Assembly: GCA_002269645.1 (NCBI GenBank)
Contig: NIVC01001253.1
Coordinates: forward strand, 248,001-312,000
Length of the DNA stretch: 64,000 nucleotides
DNA from: Macrostomum lignano
Taxonomy: Eukaryota
Direction: 5' to 3'
The notes beneath the pieces were generated by a model, which did not search any database, was not told where the DNA came from, and was given only the letters and a program-made list of their open reading frames with translations. Shown here piece by piece: positions 40,055 to 52,321 of the stretch. Position 1 is the first letter of the stretch, and every line of letters starts with the position of its first letter. The translations under genes and the position numbers were made by a program.

Positions 40055-41340
40055 AGATTTGAGTAGATTTAAGTAGATTTGAGTAGATTTAAGTAGATTT
40101 GAATAGATTGAAGTATATTGAGCAGATTTGAGTATATTTCAGTAGATTTACGTATGTTGGAGCAGATTGGAGTAGATTGGAGTAGATTGGAGAAGACTGG
40201 AGTAGATTTGAGTAGATTGGAGTAGATTGGAGTAGATTGGAGCAGATTTGAGTAGATTGGAGTAGATTGGAGTAGATTTGAGTAGATTTGAGTAGATTTG
40301 AGTAGACTGGAGTAGATTTGAGTAGATTGGAGTAGATTGGAGCAGATTGGAGCAGATTTGAGTAGATTTGAGTAGATTGGAGTAGACTGGAGTAGATTTG
40401 AGTAGATTGGAGTAGATTGGAGTAGATTGGAGCAGATTTGAGTATATTGGAGTAGACTGGAGTAGATTTGAGTAGATTTGAGTAGATTTGAGTAGATTTG
40501 AGTAGATTGGAGTAGATTGGAGCAGATTTGAGTAGATTGGAGTAGATTTGAGTAGATTGGAGTAGATTTGAGTAGATTGGAGTAGATTGGGTAGATTTGA
40601 GTAGATTTGAGTAGATTTGAGTAGATTGGGTAGATTTGAGTAGATTTGAGTAGACTGGAGTAGATTTGAGTAGATTGGAGTAGATTCGAGTAGATTGGAG
40701 TAGATTTGAGTAGATTGGAGTAGATTTGAGTAGATTGGAGTAGATTTGAGTAGATTGGAGTAGATGTGAGTAGATTGGAGTAGACCGGAGTAGATTTGAG
40801 TAGATATTGAGTAAGATTTAAGTAGATTTGAGTAGATTTGAGTAGATTGGAGTAGATTTGAGTAGATTGGAGTAGATTTGAGTAGATTGGAGTAGATTGG
40901 AGTAGATTTGAGTAGATTGGAGTAGATTGGAGCAGATTTGAGTAGACCGGAGTAGATTTGAGTAGATATTGAGTAAGATTTAAGTAGATTTGAGTAGATT
41001 TGAGTAGATTTGAGTAGATTTGAGTAGATTGGAGTAGATTGGAGTAGATTGGAGTAGATTGGAGTAGATTGGAGTAGATTGGAGTAGATTGGAGTAGATT
41101 GGAGTAGATTGGAGCAGATTTGAGTAGATTGGAGTAGATTGGAGTAGATTTGAGTAGATTTGAGTAGACTGGAGTAGATTTGAGTAGATTTGAGTAGATT
41201 GGAGTAGATTTGAGTAGATTGGAGTAGATTGGAGTAGATTGGAGTAGATGTGAGTAGATTGGAGTAGATTGGAGTAGATTGGAGTAGATTGGAGTAGATG
41301 TGAGTAGATTGGAGTAGATTTGAGTAGATTTGAGTAGATC
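40055..41340. repeat. 10 bp GAGTAGATT(T/G) array
   Basis: Starts ~35 nt from the acceptor at 40022. Confidence 0.96.
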
Positions 41341-41849
41341 ATAGCAGATCAGAGCAGATCAGCTCAGACAATCAAATGGTCATATGACTCTGCGATTGGC
41401 AGCTCAATTGTCAAAAAAATCCCAGCTGGTATCCACGCGCCAATAAGGTCACGAAAAAAGAAGAGCTTTAGTAGACAGTCAGCTTAGTATGAGGATTAAA
41501 TAAAGGGATTAATGACGGCTGCCGCCCTTTGTTCGATCCTGTCAAATGCATTTTTTTCTTTGTCGCTAAGGGATTTATTGTTTTTTTATCAATCCGGCAC
41601 GCAAGTGGCAGTTGTTGCTGTTCCTTTTGCAAGTTGACTGCGCGGAGGGTTAGGGTCAGAGGCCAAACCCCCTAGACACAAAGAGAGAGAGAGGGAGAGG
41701 CTCTAACGCTGGGGTCAGAGCCATGCATTAAAGCAGTTTTGATTCGTGATGGCATGTCAGCTATGAAAAAAGACGATATCTTTATTGGCCTTAATAGTTA
41801 AATGAAATAAATTTCGAATCGATATCAGATGACAGATGTGTGAAAATTT

Positions 41850-42310
41850 TTTTAGGAAGTGTCAAACTGAAAATGTCAGGAAGTGTCCAACTGAAAATGT
41901 CAGGAAGTGTCCAACTGAAAATGTCAGGAAGTGTCCAACTGAAAATGTCAGGAAGTGTCCAACTGAAAATGTCAGGAAGTGTCCAACTGAAAATTTCAGG
42001 AAGTGTCCAACTGAAAATGTCAGGAAGTGTCCAACTGAAAATGTCAGGAAGTGTCCAACTGAAAATGTCAGGAAGTGTCCAACTGAAAATGTCAGGAAGT
42101 GTCCAACTGAAAATGTCAGGAAGTGTCCAACTGAAAATGTCAAGAAGTGTCCAACTGAAAATGTCAGGAAGTGTCCAACTGAAAATGTCAGGAAGTGTCC
42201 AACTGAAAATTTCAGGAAGTGTCCAACTGAAAATGTCAGGAAGTGTCCAACTGAAAATGTCAGGAAGTGTCCAACTGAAAATGTCAGGAAGTGTCCAACT
42301 GAAAATGTCA
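41850..42310. repeat. 24 bp GTCAGGAAGTGTCCAACTGAAAAT array
   Basis: Near-identical tandem copies with no spacers. Confidence 0.97.
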
Positions 42311-42717
42311 GCTACTTTCCTCATAAAAATTTCAGGAATGTCATGAACTGTCAGAGATGTGAAATAGTGAAATAAATTTCAGACTTTAATCAATTCTAGT
42401 CCGGATTCTATTGGTTCTAGGGGTCCTTGGATAAGATAGAACAGCAGTTTAGTTTCAGAAGTCCATGAAACTGGTGCAGACAGACAGACTATGGATACCT
42501 GCTTGAACATGTTTTTGTTACTTCATGCTTTTTGCTCATTTTTAACAGCAACAACAGCGTTGAAGTTATGCGACCCCGTTAAAACAACAAAAAAGCTGAC
42601 GTGTGTCTTTTGCAATGACGTCTTGTATCACTTGTTTCTCTAGCATAGTTTGTCTCTGATATTATTGGATTTACAGAATCCACATTACAGTCTGTAGCGA
42701 AAAGAGAGATACAGAAG

Positions 42718-43020
42718 GGAAGAGGAGAGAGGAGAGAGGAGAGAGGAGAGAGGAGAGAGGAGAGAGGAGAGAGGAGAGAGGAGAGAGGAGAGAGGAGAGA
42801 GGAGAGAGGAGAGAGGAGAGAGGAGAGAGGAGAGAGGAGAGAGGAGAGAGGAGAGAGGAGAGAGGAGAGAGGAGAGAGGAGAGAGGAGAGAGGAGAGAGG
42901 AGAGAGGAGAGAGGAGAGAGGAGAGAGGAGAGAGGAGAGAGGAGAGAGGAGAGAGGAGAGAGGAGAGAGGAGAGAGGAGAGAGGAGAGAGAAGAGAGGAG
43001 AGAGAAGAGAAGGGAGAGAG
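42718..43020. repeat. Purine-only short-period array (GAGAGAG-type)
   Basis: Direct reading. Confidence 0.95.
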
Positions 43021-43534
43021 AAGAGCAAACCCTTCATAAACTCTTATAAACAGTTAGGTGCACAAGGATGATTAAGTGTGTTACTTTGAAGCAGCCACCC
43101 GCCCCCCGCTTAGAACCCAAATCCCTACACGACATGCTAAGCTAAGACCCGCCATGCAGAAGTGCGTTGATTGTCTTCAAAATTTCACTTTCAGCATGAA
43201 AATTCAAAATTTAAAACTGCATGAAACTTTGCATACAGCTACAAGGTTTTTGCGCATCAAATTCTTGGCTTGCGAAACACACGCTGAAGGAAGCACTGAT
43301 GAAGGTTGCAGACTCCATATTTCTACGCGGTAAAGTTCTGATACAAACTTTCACCTGATATATTTATGTAAAAGCGCTGCAGCGTTGAAGGTTTTAGCTG
43401 GCAAAGTGGCTTCACCGTCTAAATAAAATTTATTGCATTTGTACATGGGCAGGTAACTTTTGTTTTGCAAGAATTTGAAGATTTTAATAGTTTAAAGTCG
43501 ACCTACGGTTTATAAATTAAAAGCTGTGAAACTA

Positions 43535-44520
43535 AAACTGGCACTCTCCAATCCTAAAACTGGCACTCTTCAATCTTATAAAACTGGCACTCTCCAATCT
43601 TATAAAACTGGCACTCTCCAATCCTAAAACTGGCACTCTCCAATCCTAAAACTGGCACTCTCCAATCCTAAAACTGGCACTCTCCAATCCTAAAACTGGC
43701 ACTCTCCAATCCTAAAACTGGCACTCTCCAATCCTAAAACTGGCACTCTCCGGTTCTAAAACTGGCACTCTCCAATCCTAAAACTGGCACTCTCCAATCC
43801 AAAAAGTGGCACTCTCCGGTTCTAAAACTGGCACTCTTCGGTTCTAAAACTGGCACTCTCCGGTTCTAAAACTAGCACTCTTCGGTTCTAAAACTGGCAC
43901 TCTCCGGTTCTAAAACTGGCACTCTCCGGTTCTAAAACTGGCACTCTCCGGTTCTAAAACTGGCACTCTTCGGTTCTAAAACTGGCACTCTCCGGTTCTA
44001 AAACTGGCACTCTTCCGTTCTAAAACTGGCACTCTTCGGTTCTAAAACTGGCACTTTCCAATCCTAAAACTGGCACTCTCCAATCCTAAAACTGGCACTC
44101 TCCGGTTCTAAAACTGGCACTCTTCGGTTCTAAAACTGGCAATCTCCGGTTCTAAAACTGGCACTCTCCGGTTCTAAAACTGGCACTCTCCAATCCTAAA
44201 ACTGGCACTCTCCGGTTCTAAAACTGGCACTCTCCGGTTCTAAAACTGGCACTCTCCGGTTCTAAAACTGGCACTCTCCGGTTCTAAAACTGGCACTCTC
44301 CGGTTCTAAAACTGGCACTCTCTAATCCTAAAACTGGCACTCTCCGGTTCTAAAACTGGCACTCTCTAATCCTAAAACTGGCACTCTCCGGTTCTAAAAC
44401 TGGCACTCTCCGGTTCTAAAACTGGCACTCTCCGGTTCTAAAACTGGCACTCTCCGGTTCTAAAACTGGCACTCTCTAATCCTAAAACTGGCACTCTCCG
44501 GTTCTAAAACTGGCACTCTA
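43535..44520. repeat. 22 bp AAAACTGGCACTCTCC(AATCCT/GGTTCT) array with two variants
   Basis: Tandem copies with two alternative tails. Confidence 0.96.
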
Positions 44521-45059
44521 TAATTCAAAGTTATAAAAGTCACGTTCTGTACCTAGTTCTGTGAGTCTGACAGTCTGACAAGGAATTATTAACTGACTCA
44601 TAAATATTTTTGCCACTCCAACAGTCTGGAAGTCTCTCTAAGTCTTTTGGGTCTCTGGGACCGGAGAGCAGTTATAAATATAACAATAAGTGACTAATGC
44701 AAGCACTTCAGGCGGTAATAGAAGTAAGTATTTTAGAGGAAGCCACAGCAACCCAACCCAGACAAATAAAAGCGGACCTTCACAACTTAGTATAGAGAAC
44801 AAAGACCCACATACACACATGTATTGCAGCGGCTATAAGTTGCAGTCAGACTTGCAATAATAGGTATAAGGGTATTACAGGTGTTTTTTAAGCACACACA
44901 CACACACACCGACCCTGGAAGCCACATATGGTCTGTGCTGGAAGCAGACAGACAAGTCTATTATTTTTGCTATTCTTTTTCGTTTGCAAAAGAAACCAGG
45001 GAAAAAATTAGCAAATTAGCAATTAGCAAATCCGAATTTTTAACAATTAGGCGATCCGA

Positions 45060-45720
45060 AATATCTAATTAGGCACTTCAAAATATCTAATTAGGCGCTT
45101 CTAATATCTAATTAGGCACCGCTAAATGTCTGATTAGGCGCTGATAAATGCCTGATTAGGCGCTTGTATATGTCTAATTAGGCGCCACTAAATATCCAAT
45201 TAGGCGCCGCTAAATGTCCAATAAGACACACTAAATGTTTAATTAGGCGCCGCTAAATGTCTAATTAGGCTACGCTAAATGTCTAATTAGGCGCCGCTAA
45301 ATGTCTAATTAGGCTCCGCTAAATGTCTAATTAGGCTCCGCTAAATGTCTAATTAGGCGTCGCTAAATGTCTAATTAGGCGTCGCTAAATGTCTAATTAG
45401 GCGTCGCTAAATGTCTGATTAGGCGTCGCTAAATGTCTGATTAGGCGTCGTTAAATGTCTGATTAGGCGCCGCTGAATGTCTAATTAGGCGCCGCTAAAT
45501 ATCCAATTAGGCGCCGCTAAATGTCCAATAAGACACACTAAATGTTTAATTAGGCGCCGCTAAATGTCTAATTAGGCTCCGCTAAATGTCTAATTAGGCG
45601 CCGCTAAGTGTCTAATTAGGCGCCGCTAAATGTCTAATTAGGCTCCGCTAAATGTCTAATTAGGCGCCGCTAAATGTCTAATTAGGCGCCGCTAAATGTC
45701 TAATTAGGCGCCGCTAAATG
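45060..45720. repeat. 22 bp CTAATTAGGCGCCGCTAAATGT array
   Basis: Ends ~28 nt from the donor at 45749. Confidence 0.95.
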
Positions 45721-45749
45721 TCTAAGCAGTCTGTAAGCAAGCAACTTAC

Positions 45750-46092
45750 GAGGCTGGAATGCAGCTGATGCAGGATATTGAAGCTGGGCGCTGGCACCAT
45801 GGTGATTGTTATTAACGGTCATTGCGCCCGATGATATGCCAATATGTGGTCCAGACAGTTCAATAGGTTGACCTCTGACCCTGGTGGCGGTGCAGTGTTG
45901 CTGTTGCTGTTTCTGTTGCTGCTGCTGTTGCCGTCGCTTCTTGCGCTTGGCATTGGCAGCTGACGAGTTCTCGGTAGCATTAGGATTCTGTTGATGCTGC
46001 TGTTGGTTCTGAACTACAAACGGTTGCTGCTCATAGTTGAGTCCGATTTGACCTGGGAACTCGTCTAGCTCTGCAGCGGGACTGTTGTCCAT
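45750..46092 (-). CDS. TENM: Teneurin putative first coding exon (intracellular domain, polyQ, KRKKRR NLS-like motif)
   Basis: Reads MDNSPAAELDEFPGQ...KRKKRRQQQQ...FQP. Donor C|GTAAGT at 45750/45749 is phase 1, matching the phase-1 acceptor of exon 39743-40021. ICDs are poorly conserved, so the assignment rests on strand, phase and position. Confidence 0.6.
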
Positions 46093-46263
46093 GACGCTCT
46101 CATGCAAACGTGGATTCTTCAACGAAACCGAATATATTGGGGTATTCTTTTCATGTCGAAAGTCTGTTGTTTCGTTATTAAATTTTTCCCCAAGCTTCCT
46201 TTCCTTGGCTTAGCTATAAACCGGGATTCAGTTTTAATATACGATTCTGTATGACTGCCGGCT

Positions 46264-46336
46264 AGCCAATAAAGTGACAGCGATAGCTCCTATTGGCTCA
46301 AGCTGTGCATATGCTCTCGGATGCATGCCATTGGTT
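46264..46336. promoter_or_regulatory. Cluster of three CCAAT-like motifs upstream of the putative teneurin ATG
   Basis: AGCCAAT (46264), ATTGGCT (46292) and ATTGGTT (46330), 170-240 nt upstream of 46092. Short motifs, could be chance. Confidence 0.25.
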
Positions 46337-46499
46337 CAGACGGGGAGTTCTAAAACCAGTCAACTGGATTTTGGTTTGTGGAAAGCATTGACTCGGTGGG
46401 AAATTACACTCATTTTGAAGTGTGGGAGCTCACTGTGGTGTCTCAGTGTCTGGGAGCTCATTGTGGTGTCTGGGTGCTCATTGTGGTGTCTGGGAGCTT

Positions 46500-46960
46500 A
46501 TTATGCTGTCTCGAGGAGCTCATACTGGTGTCTCGAGGAGCTCATTGTGGTGTCTGGGATCTCGAGGAGCTCATTGTGGCTGTCTGGGATCTCGAGGAGC
46601 TCATTGTGGCTGTCTGGGATCTCGAGGAGCTCATTGTGGCTGTCTGGGATCTCGAGGAGCTCATTGTGGTGTCTGGGATCTCGAGGAGCTCATTGTGGTT
46701 GTCTGGGATCTCGAGGAGCTCATTGTGGCTGTCTGGGATCTCGAGGAGCTATTTTGTGGCTGTCTGGGATCTCGAGGAGCTCATTGTGGTGTCTGGGATC
46801 TCGAGGAGCTCATTGTGGTGTCTGGGATCTCGAGGAGCTCATTGTGGCTGTCTGGGATCTCGAGGAGCTCATTGTGGCTGTCTGGGATCTCGAGGAGCTC
46901 ATTGTGGCTGTCTGGGATCTCGAGGAGCTCATTGTGGCTGTCTGGGATCTCGAGGAGCTC
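46500..46960. repeat. 29-30 bp GATCTCGAGGAGCTCATTGTGGCTGTCTGG array
   Basis: Tandem copies. Confidence 0.95.
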
Positions 46961-47424
46961 ATTTAGGTGTAAGATGGATGCTTTTTCTGTGCCCAGGTAA
47001 CTAAGAGTAATTAGCTGGTTAAAAAGTGCATGAATTTGAAGTATACTCGAAATATAAAACAACTTGTCATCAAAGCTTCTTCTTACATGTAAAAGCGTTA
47101 GTTTGTGTCATTTAACAAAGCAATCAACTGCAAGTAACCCTATATTAGCTAGTATATAGCTTTATAGATATATAAATACTATATGGAGCTTTCAAAAGCT
47201 CAACGAAGCAATATTTCTATGAGATATTCTTTCCCAAGCTCTATTACTCGTAGGCACTCTCGCTATAGTTTTAAAAATTGAAGACCAAGACAACAGAAAG
47301 CTTAAGTTTATAGCATAGGGTTTATATTTTCAAAAACAAAATTGCTAAATAAACGGTTCGATCGACAATTTAACTTAGCAAACGCGCTAATCTACTATTA
47401 AAATGGAGTTCGCACAGCAACTGT

Positions 47425-48348
47425 TCACTTTCGGTAGCTCTTTTTGCTGCCGTAGCCGTACGCCTTGTCGTAGCCGCCGTAATAATCGTTGTAGCCGTAG
47501 ATATCGGCATAGCCAGGATAGTAATCGCCATAGTAATCGCTGTAGTCGTAACCGTAGTCCTTGGCATAGCCGTAATCCTTCTTGCCGTAGCCGTAATCCT
47601 TCTTGCCGTAGCCGTAATCCTTCTTGCCGTAGCCGTAATCCTTCTCGCCGTAGCCGTAATCCTTCTTGCCGTAACCGTAATCCTTCTTGCCGTAGCCGTA
47701 ATCCTTCTCGCCGTAGCCGTAATCCTTCTTGCCGTAGCCGTAATCCTTCTCGCCGTAGCCGTAATCCTTCTTGCCGTAGCCGTAATCCTTCTTGCCGTAG
47801 CCATAGTCCTTCTTGCCATAGCCATAGTCCTTCTTGCCATAGCCATAGTCCTTCTTGCCGTAGCCATAGTCATTCTTGTCATAGCCGTAATCCTTCTTGC
47901 CGTAGCCGTAATCCTTCTTGCCGTAGCCGTAATCCTTCTTGCCGTAGCCGTAATCCTTCTTGCCGTAGCCGTAATCCTTCTTGCCGTAGCCGTAATCCTT
48001 CTTGCCATAGCCGTAGTCCTTCTTGCCGTAGCCGTAATCCTTCTTGCCATAGCCGTAATCCTTCTTGCCGTAGCCGTAATCCTTCTCGCCGTAGCCGTAA
48101 TCCTTCTCGCCGTAGCCCTTCTTGTCATAGCCGTAGTCCTTCTTGCCGTAGCCGTAGTCCTTCTTGCCGTAGCCGTCGTCCTTCTTGTCGTAGCCGTCGT
48201 CCTTCTTGTCGTAGGTCTTGTAGCTACCATAAGTTGCTACTGGATATTTGTAATCGTCTTTGTAATAGAGCTTCTCGTAGTCCTCGCGACTATTGTAGCC
48301 GCCGGCTAGGGCCACTGTGGCCAAGGCGAATAGCACAACCAGACGCAT
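47425..48348 (-). CDS. Secreted Tyr/Gly/Lys/Asp-rich heptad-repeat protein, 307 aa (candidate DOPA eggshell/cement precursor)
   Basis: ATG start, signal peptide MRLVVLFALATVALA, non-repetitive Tyr-rich N- and C-flanks in frame, ~30 copies of YGKKDYG. Repeat variants are mostly synonymous (TAC/TAT, GAT/GAC). TATA box upstream. Confidence 0.88.
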   Translation of the reverse strand: MRLVVLFALATVALAGGYNSREDYEKLYYKDDYKYPVATYGSYKTYDKKDDGYDKKDDGYGKKDYGYGKKDYGYDKKGYGEKDYGYGEKDYGYGKKDYGYGKKDYGYGKKDYGYGKKDYGYGKKDYGYGKKDYGYGKKDYGYGKKDYGYGKKDYGYDKNDYGYGKKDYGYGKKDYGYGKKDYGYGKKDYGYGKKDYGYGEKDYGYGKKDYGYGEKDYGYGKKDYGYGKKDYGYGEKDYGYGKKDYGYGKKDYGYGKKDYGYAKDYGYDYSDYYGDYYPGYADIYGYNDYYGGYDKAYGYGSKKSYRK

Positions 48349-48454
48349 TATTGGTGCAGTAAATCAAGACGCAATATTAATTAATTAGGCGCGAAAGTAC
48401 AGTTAATTGAATAAATGAATGATAGTGAGATAATTTGTGCGTCATGCTGGTCAG

Positions 48455-48462
48455 TATTTATA
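48455..48462 (-). promoter_or_regulatory. TATA box (TATAAATA) of the Tyr-rich gene
   Basis: Perfect TATAAATA ~110 nt upstream of the ATG at 48348, with CCAAT-like motifs further upstream (~48486, ~48594). Confidence 0.65.
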
Positions 48463-49289
48463 GACTGCGAAGCTCAATTCCACAGCCAATCGGCAGACGG
48501 GGGAGGGTAAGAGATTTCAAGCTGGTGGGGTGATTCAGCGAGCCAAAATAAGGCCTAAAGGGTAAGAAGGGTTTGAGGCCGCGGAGCTCGCTGATTGGCT
48601 GACGTGGCTGCGATCTCCACCCCAATACTAAGAGGAGGGTGTGGCAGCCAAAGCCCTACGGGGGGTCTTAACCAAATGACAGGCTAGAGTAAGATTTCTG
48701 GACTTGGGTGGAGGGTGGGGGGTTTTGCAGTTGTATTGACTGGCTGACTGTAAAACTATATACACTAAAAATAGCCTCAATTAGCATTCCGCACCCACCC
48801 CTTGTTTTTATCGGCTTTCAATACAGACAACGAATTTTGACCTCCACACTTAAAGCTAGTTGAGCATTGAAAGAGGGGGGTAAATGGCTGCTGACTCACT
48901 GTTCTCTAACTTATTAAAAAAACAATATTTACGCGGAAAATGGTCTGATTATAAGGAGTACACAACACACTCAAACATTTCTGCAATAAAGTTAGCCGTG
49001 TACTTTTGATTTAACACCTATTGAAACTGCATGGCAATGAATAATGACGGAATGTTTATCATTGATAACTTAGAACTTATTTGATAGTCTTAGAAAACGG
49101 ATGAATTCTTTTATCTTCACTTTCCTCTTCGAACCAATTGACTCAATTAACACACGCTAGAAGTTCTCGCCCAAACTGTAGGTGATGCAAGTTGCGTCAC
49201 AAAGCTCTAACTTAAACTGGTGAGGAGAGAGTGGAGATTTATGGCTAGAATGGCTAGAGTGGAGTTAAAGCTACCACTTGTTGATCCGG

Positions 49290-50000
49290 GGTGCTGGCCC
49301 AGCAACGGAGTATCTGGGAGGCTGGCCCAGCAACTGAGGATCTGGGAGGCTGGCCCAGCAACTGAGGATCTGGGAGGCTGGTGGCCCTTCAACTGAGGAT
49401 CTGGAAGGCTGGTGGCCCAGCAACTGAGGATCTGGGAGGCTGGTGGCCCAGCAACTGAGGATCTGGGAGGCTGGTGGCCCAGCAACTGAGGATCTGGGAG
49501 GCTGGTGGCCCAGCAACTGAGGATCTGGAAGGCTGGCCCAGCAACTGAGGATCTGGGAGGCTGGCACAGCAACTGAGGATCTGGGAGGCTGGTGGCCCAG
49601 TAACTGAGGATCTGGGAGGCTGGCCCAGCAACTGAGAGAAGGCTGGCCCAGTAACTGGGGATCTGGGAGACTGGCCCAGAAACTGAGGATCTGGGAGGCT
49701 GGTGGCCCAGCAACTGAGGATCTGGAAGGCTGGCCCAGCAACTGAGGATCTGGGAGGCTGGTGGCCCAGCAACTGAGGATCTGGGAGGCTGGCACAGCAA
49801 CTGAGGATCTGGAAGGCTGGCCCAGCAACTGAGGATCTGGGAGGCTGGCACAGCAACTGGGGATCTGGGAGACTGGCACAGCAACTGAGGATCTGGGAGG
49901 CTGGTGGCCCAGTAACTGAGGATCTGGGAGGCTGGCCCAGCAACTGAGAATCTGGAAGGCTGGCCCAGCAACTGGGGATCTGGGAGACTGGCCCAGCAAT
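49290..50000. repeat. Composite 28/31 bp minisatellite, locus 2 (same family as 17275-19010)
   Basis: Same unit and orientation, more diverged. Confidence 0.95.
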
Positions 50001-50769
50001 TTGCCATGTTTAGTGAAACAGTTTCCCGATTCCCAAGCGATCGAACACAATGGAAGTTCATACAGCGGCTGCGTCAGCTGAACTATATGTATGAAATAAA
50101 AAACCGCAAATAAGAGCTATTTTATGACTCAATTTAAGCTTTAAGTTTGGAAACATTATGTACACGTTAATAAAAGTGAACTCAATTGATCAATTTAATA
50201 TATTTTAATTGCTGCTAATCAACAGTGAAAATGGTGTGCATTATTTAGCAGTTAAAAGCAAATTTGCTATAAAACATAATGTATTATTTATGAATAATTG
50301 CCAGTTCTGTACATGCACTACACAAGCTTGTGCTCGGAGTAAGGCATCGATAAGATTAAAGCCTAGGCTAAAGATAACACTATAAACACTACTTGCAGTA
50401 GGTATAGAAAATCACAGACAATTTAGTATCTCAAATAATATATACTTATATAGTTTATATTACAGCAACAGGCACAATACCTGAGATTGGGTCAATTTTT
50501 TTGTATCACTGCAACTTACACAGACTACTTATTTCACAAGTAGTACGATAATACAGTGAAACAACTATTTTTCATTAAAAAAACAAGTTGGTAATCGTTA
50601 ACAGGTAGGTAAACAATAGGGTATAGAATAAGTTTTAAGTCTTCATTATAATAATAAATGAACCCAACACCTGTTGCTTGTGGAAGCGGTTAAAGTACTC
50701 ATATGAGTAGTGTTTGTTTAGTCTGGAACTATTAACTAAATAACGCATCTTAAGGATTTTTGCCATTGG

Positions 50770-51770
50770 GGTGTCCTGGACTCTCATCAGATCTCTGAGA
50801 ACGGGGACGTCCTTGGACTCTCATGAGATCTCTGAGAACGGGGTGCCCTGGACTATCATGAGATCTCTGAGAACTGGGTGTGCTGGACTATCATGAGATC
50901 TCTGAGAACGGGGTGCCCTGGACTATCATGAGATCTCTGAGAACTGGGTGTGCTGGACTATCATGAGATCTCTGAGAACGGGGTGCCCTGGACTATCATG
51001 AGATCTCTGAGAACTGGGTGTGCTGGACTATCATGAGATCTCTGAGAACGGGGTGCCCTGGACTATCATGAGATCTCTGAGAACTGGGTGTGCTGGACTA
51101 TCATGAGATCTCTGAGAACGGGGTGCCCTGGACTATCATGAGATCTTTGAGAACGGGGTGCCCTGGACTATCATGAGATCTCTGAGAACGGGGTGTGCTG
51201 GACTAACATGAGATCTCTGAGAACGGGATGCCCTGGACTCTCATGAGATCTCTGAACGGGATGCCCTGGACTCTCATGAGATCTCTGAACGGGGTGTCTG
51301 GACTCTCATGAGATCTTTGAGAACGGGGTGCCCTGGACTATCATGAGATCTTTGAGAACGGGGTGTCTGGACTCTCATGAGATCTCTGAGAACGGGGTGC
51401 CCTGGACTATCATGAGATCTCTGAGAACTGGGTGTGCTGGACTATCATGAGATCTCTGAGAACGGGATGCCCTGGACTCTCATGAGATCTCTGAACGGGG
51501 TGTCTGGACTCTCATGAGATCTTTGAGAACGGGGTGCCCTGGACTATCATGAGATCTTTGAGAACGGGGTGTCTGGACTCTCATGAGATCTCTGGGAACG
51601 GGGTGTCTGGACTCTCATGAGATCTCTGAGAACGGGGTGTCTGGACTCTCATGAGATCTCTGAGAACGGGGTGTCTGGACTCTCATGAGATCTCTGAGAA
51701 CGGGGTGTCCTGGACATGAAATCTTTGAGAACGGGGTGCCCTATACTCTCATGAGATCTCTGAGAATGAT
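50770..51770. repeat. ~32-35 bp GGACTATCATGAGATCTCTGAGAACGGGGTGCCCT array
   Basis: Tandem copies. Confidence 0.95.
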
Positions 51771-52321
51771 CCCTAGACTCTCGTGGTATATTTGAGAACA
51801 GATTTTACGGGATTTTTTTCCGGATTGTTTAGGACAGATAAACAAACAAACTCAAAGGCTGTCAAAATTTAATAGCAGCGCAAAAAAAAGCCAAAAAGCA
51901 AACAATACCCCTGACTAGTAGTACAGTGTGGTGCAAAAAAAGCATAACTCGTACGAAATTCTGTGATGAGAAAAAGCACACGATTGATGAAAGCGCACAA
52001 AGTACTACTACATGTATTACACTGCTTAAAGTAGTCAGTCGGGAGTAATTGGAAACCAATTAAACAAACCGCGTTAAAAATGTTAAATCTGGCCAAATTT
52101 ACGCAATATCAATACTTTGTTTAATAAATCATAAATTAAAACGATTGCTTTTATTAAGACTTTTTAGAAAGAGAATCCTTTCTACCCTACCCGGCTTTCG
52201 GGTCCTTTGAAACTTCACAATAGCAAACCGGCTCGTTTAAGGTTTGTGTCTGTTCTCAGCTCGTTTGTCTGTACTCACATCTCCTCTCTTATCTAATCTT
52301 TTCAATTTTATCTTATCTCTC

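Noticed and set aside
41850-42310. CRISPR-like appearance of 24-35 bp repeats (also 16604-16812, 46500-46960, 50770-51770, 53560-54210)
   Set aside because: Head-to-tail units with no unique spacers, no cas genes, eukaryotic context.
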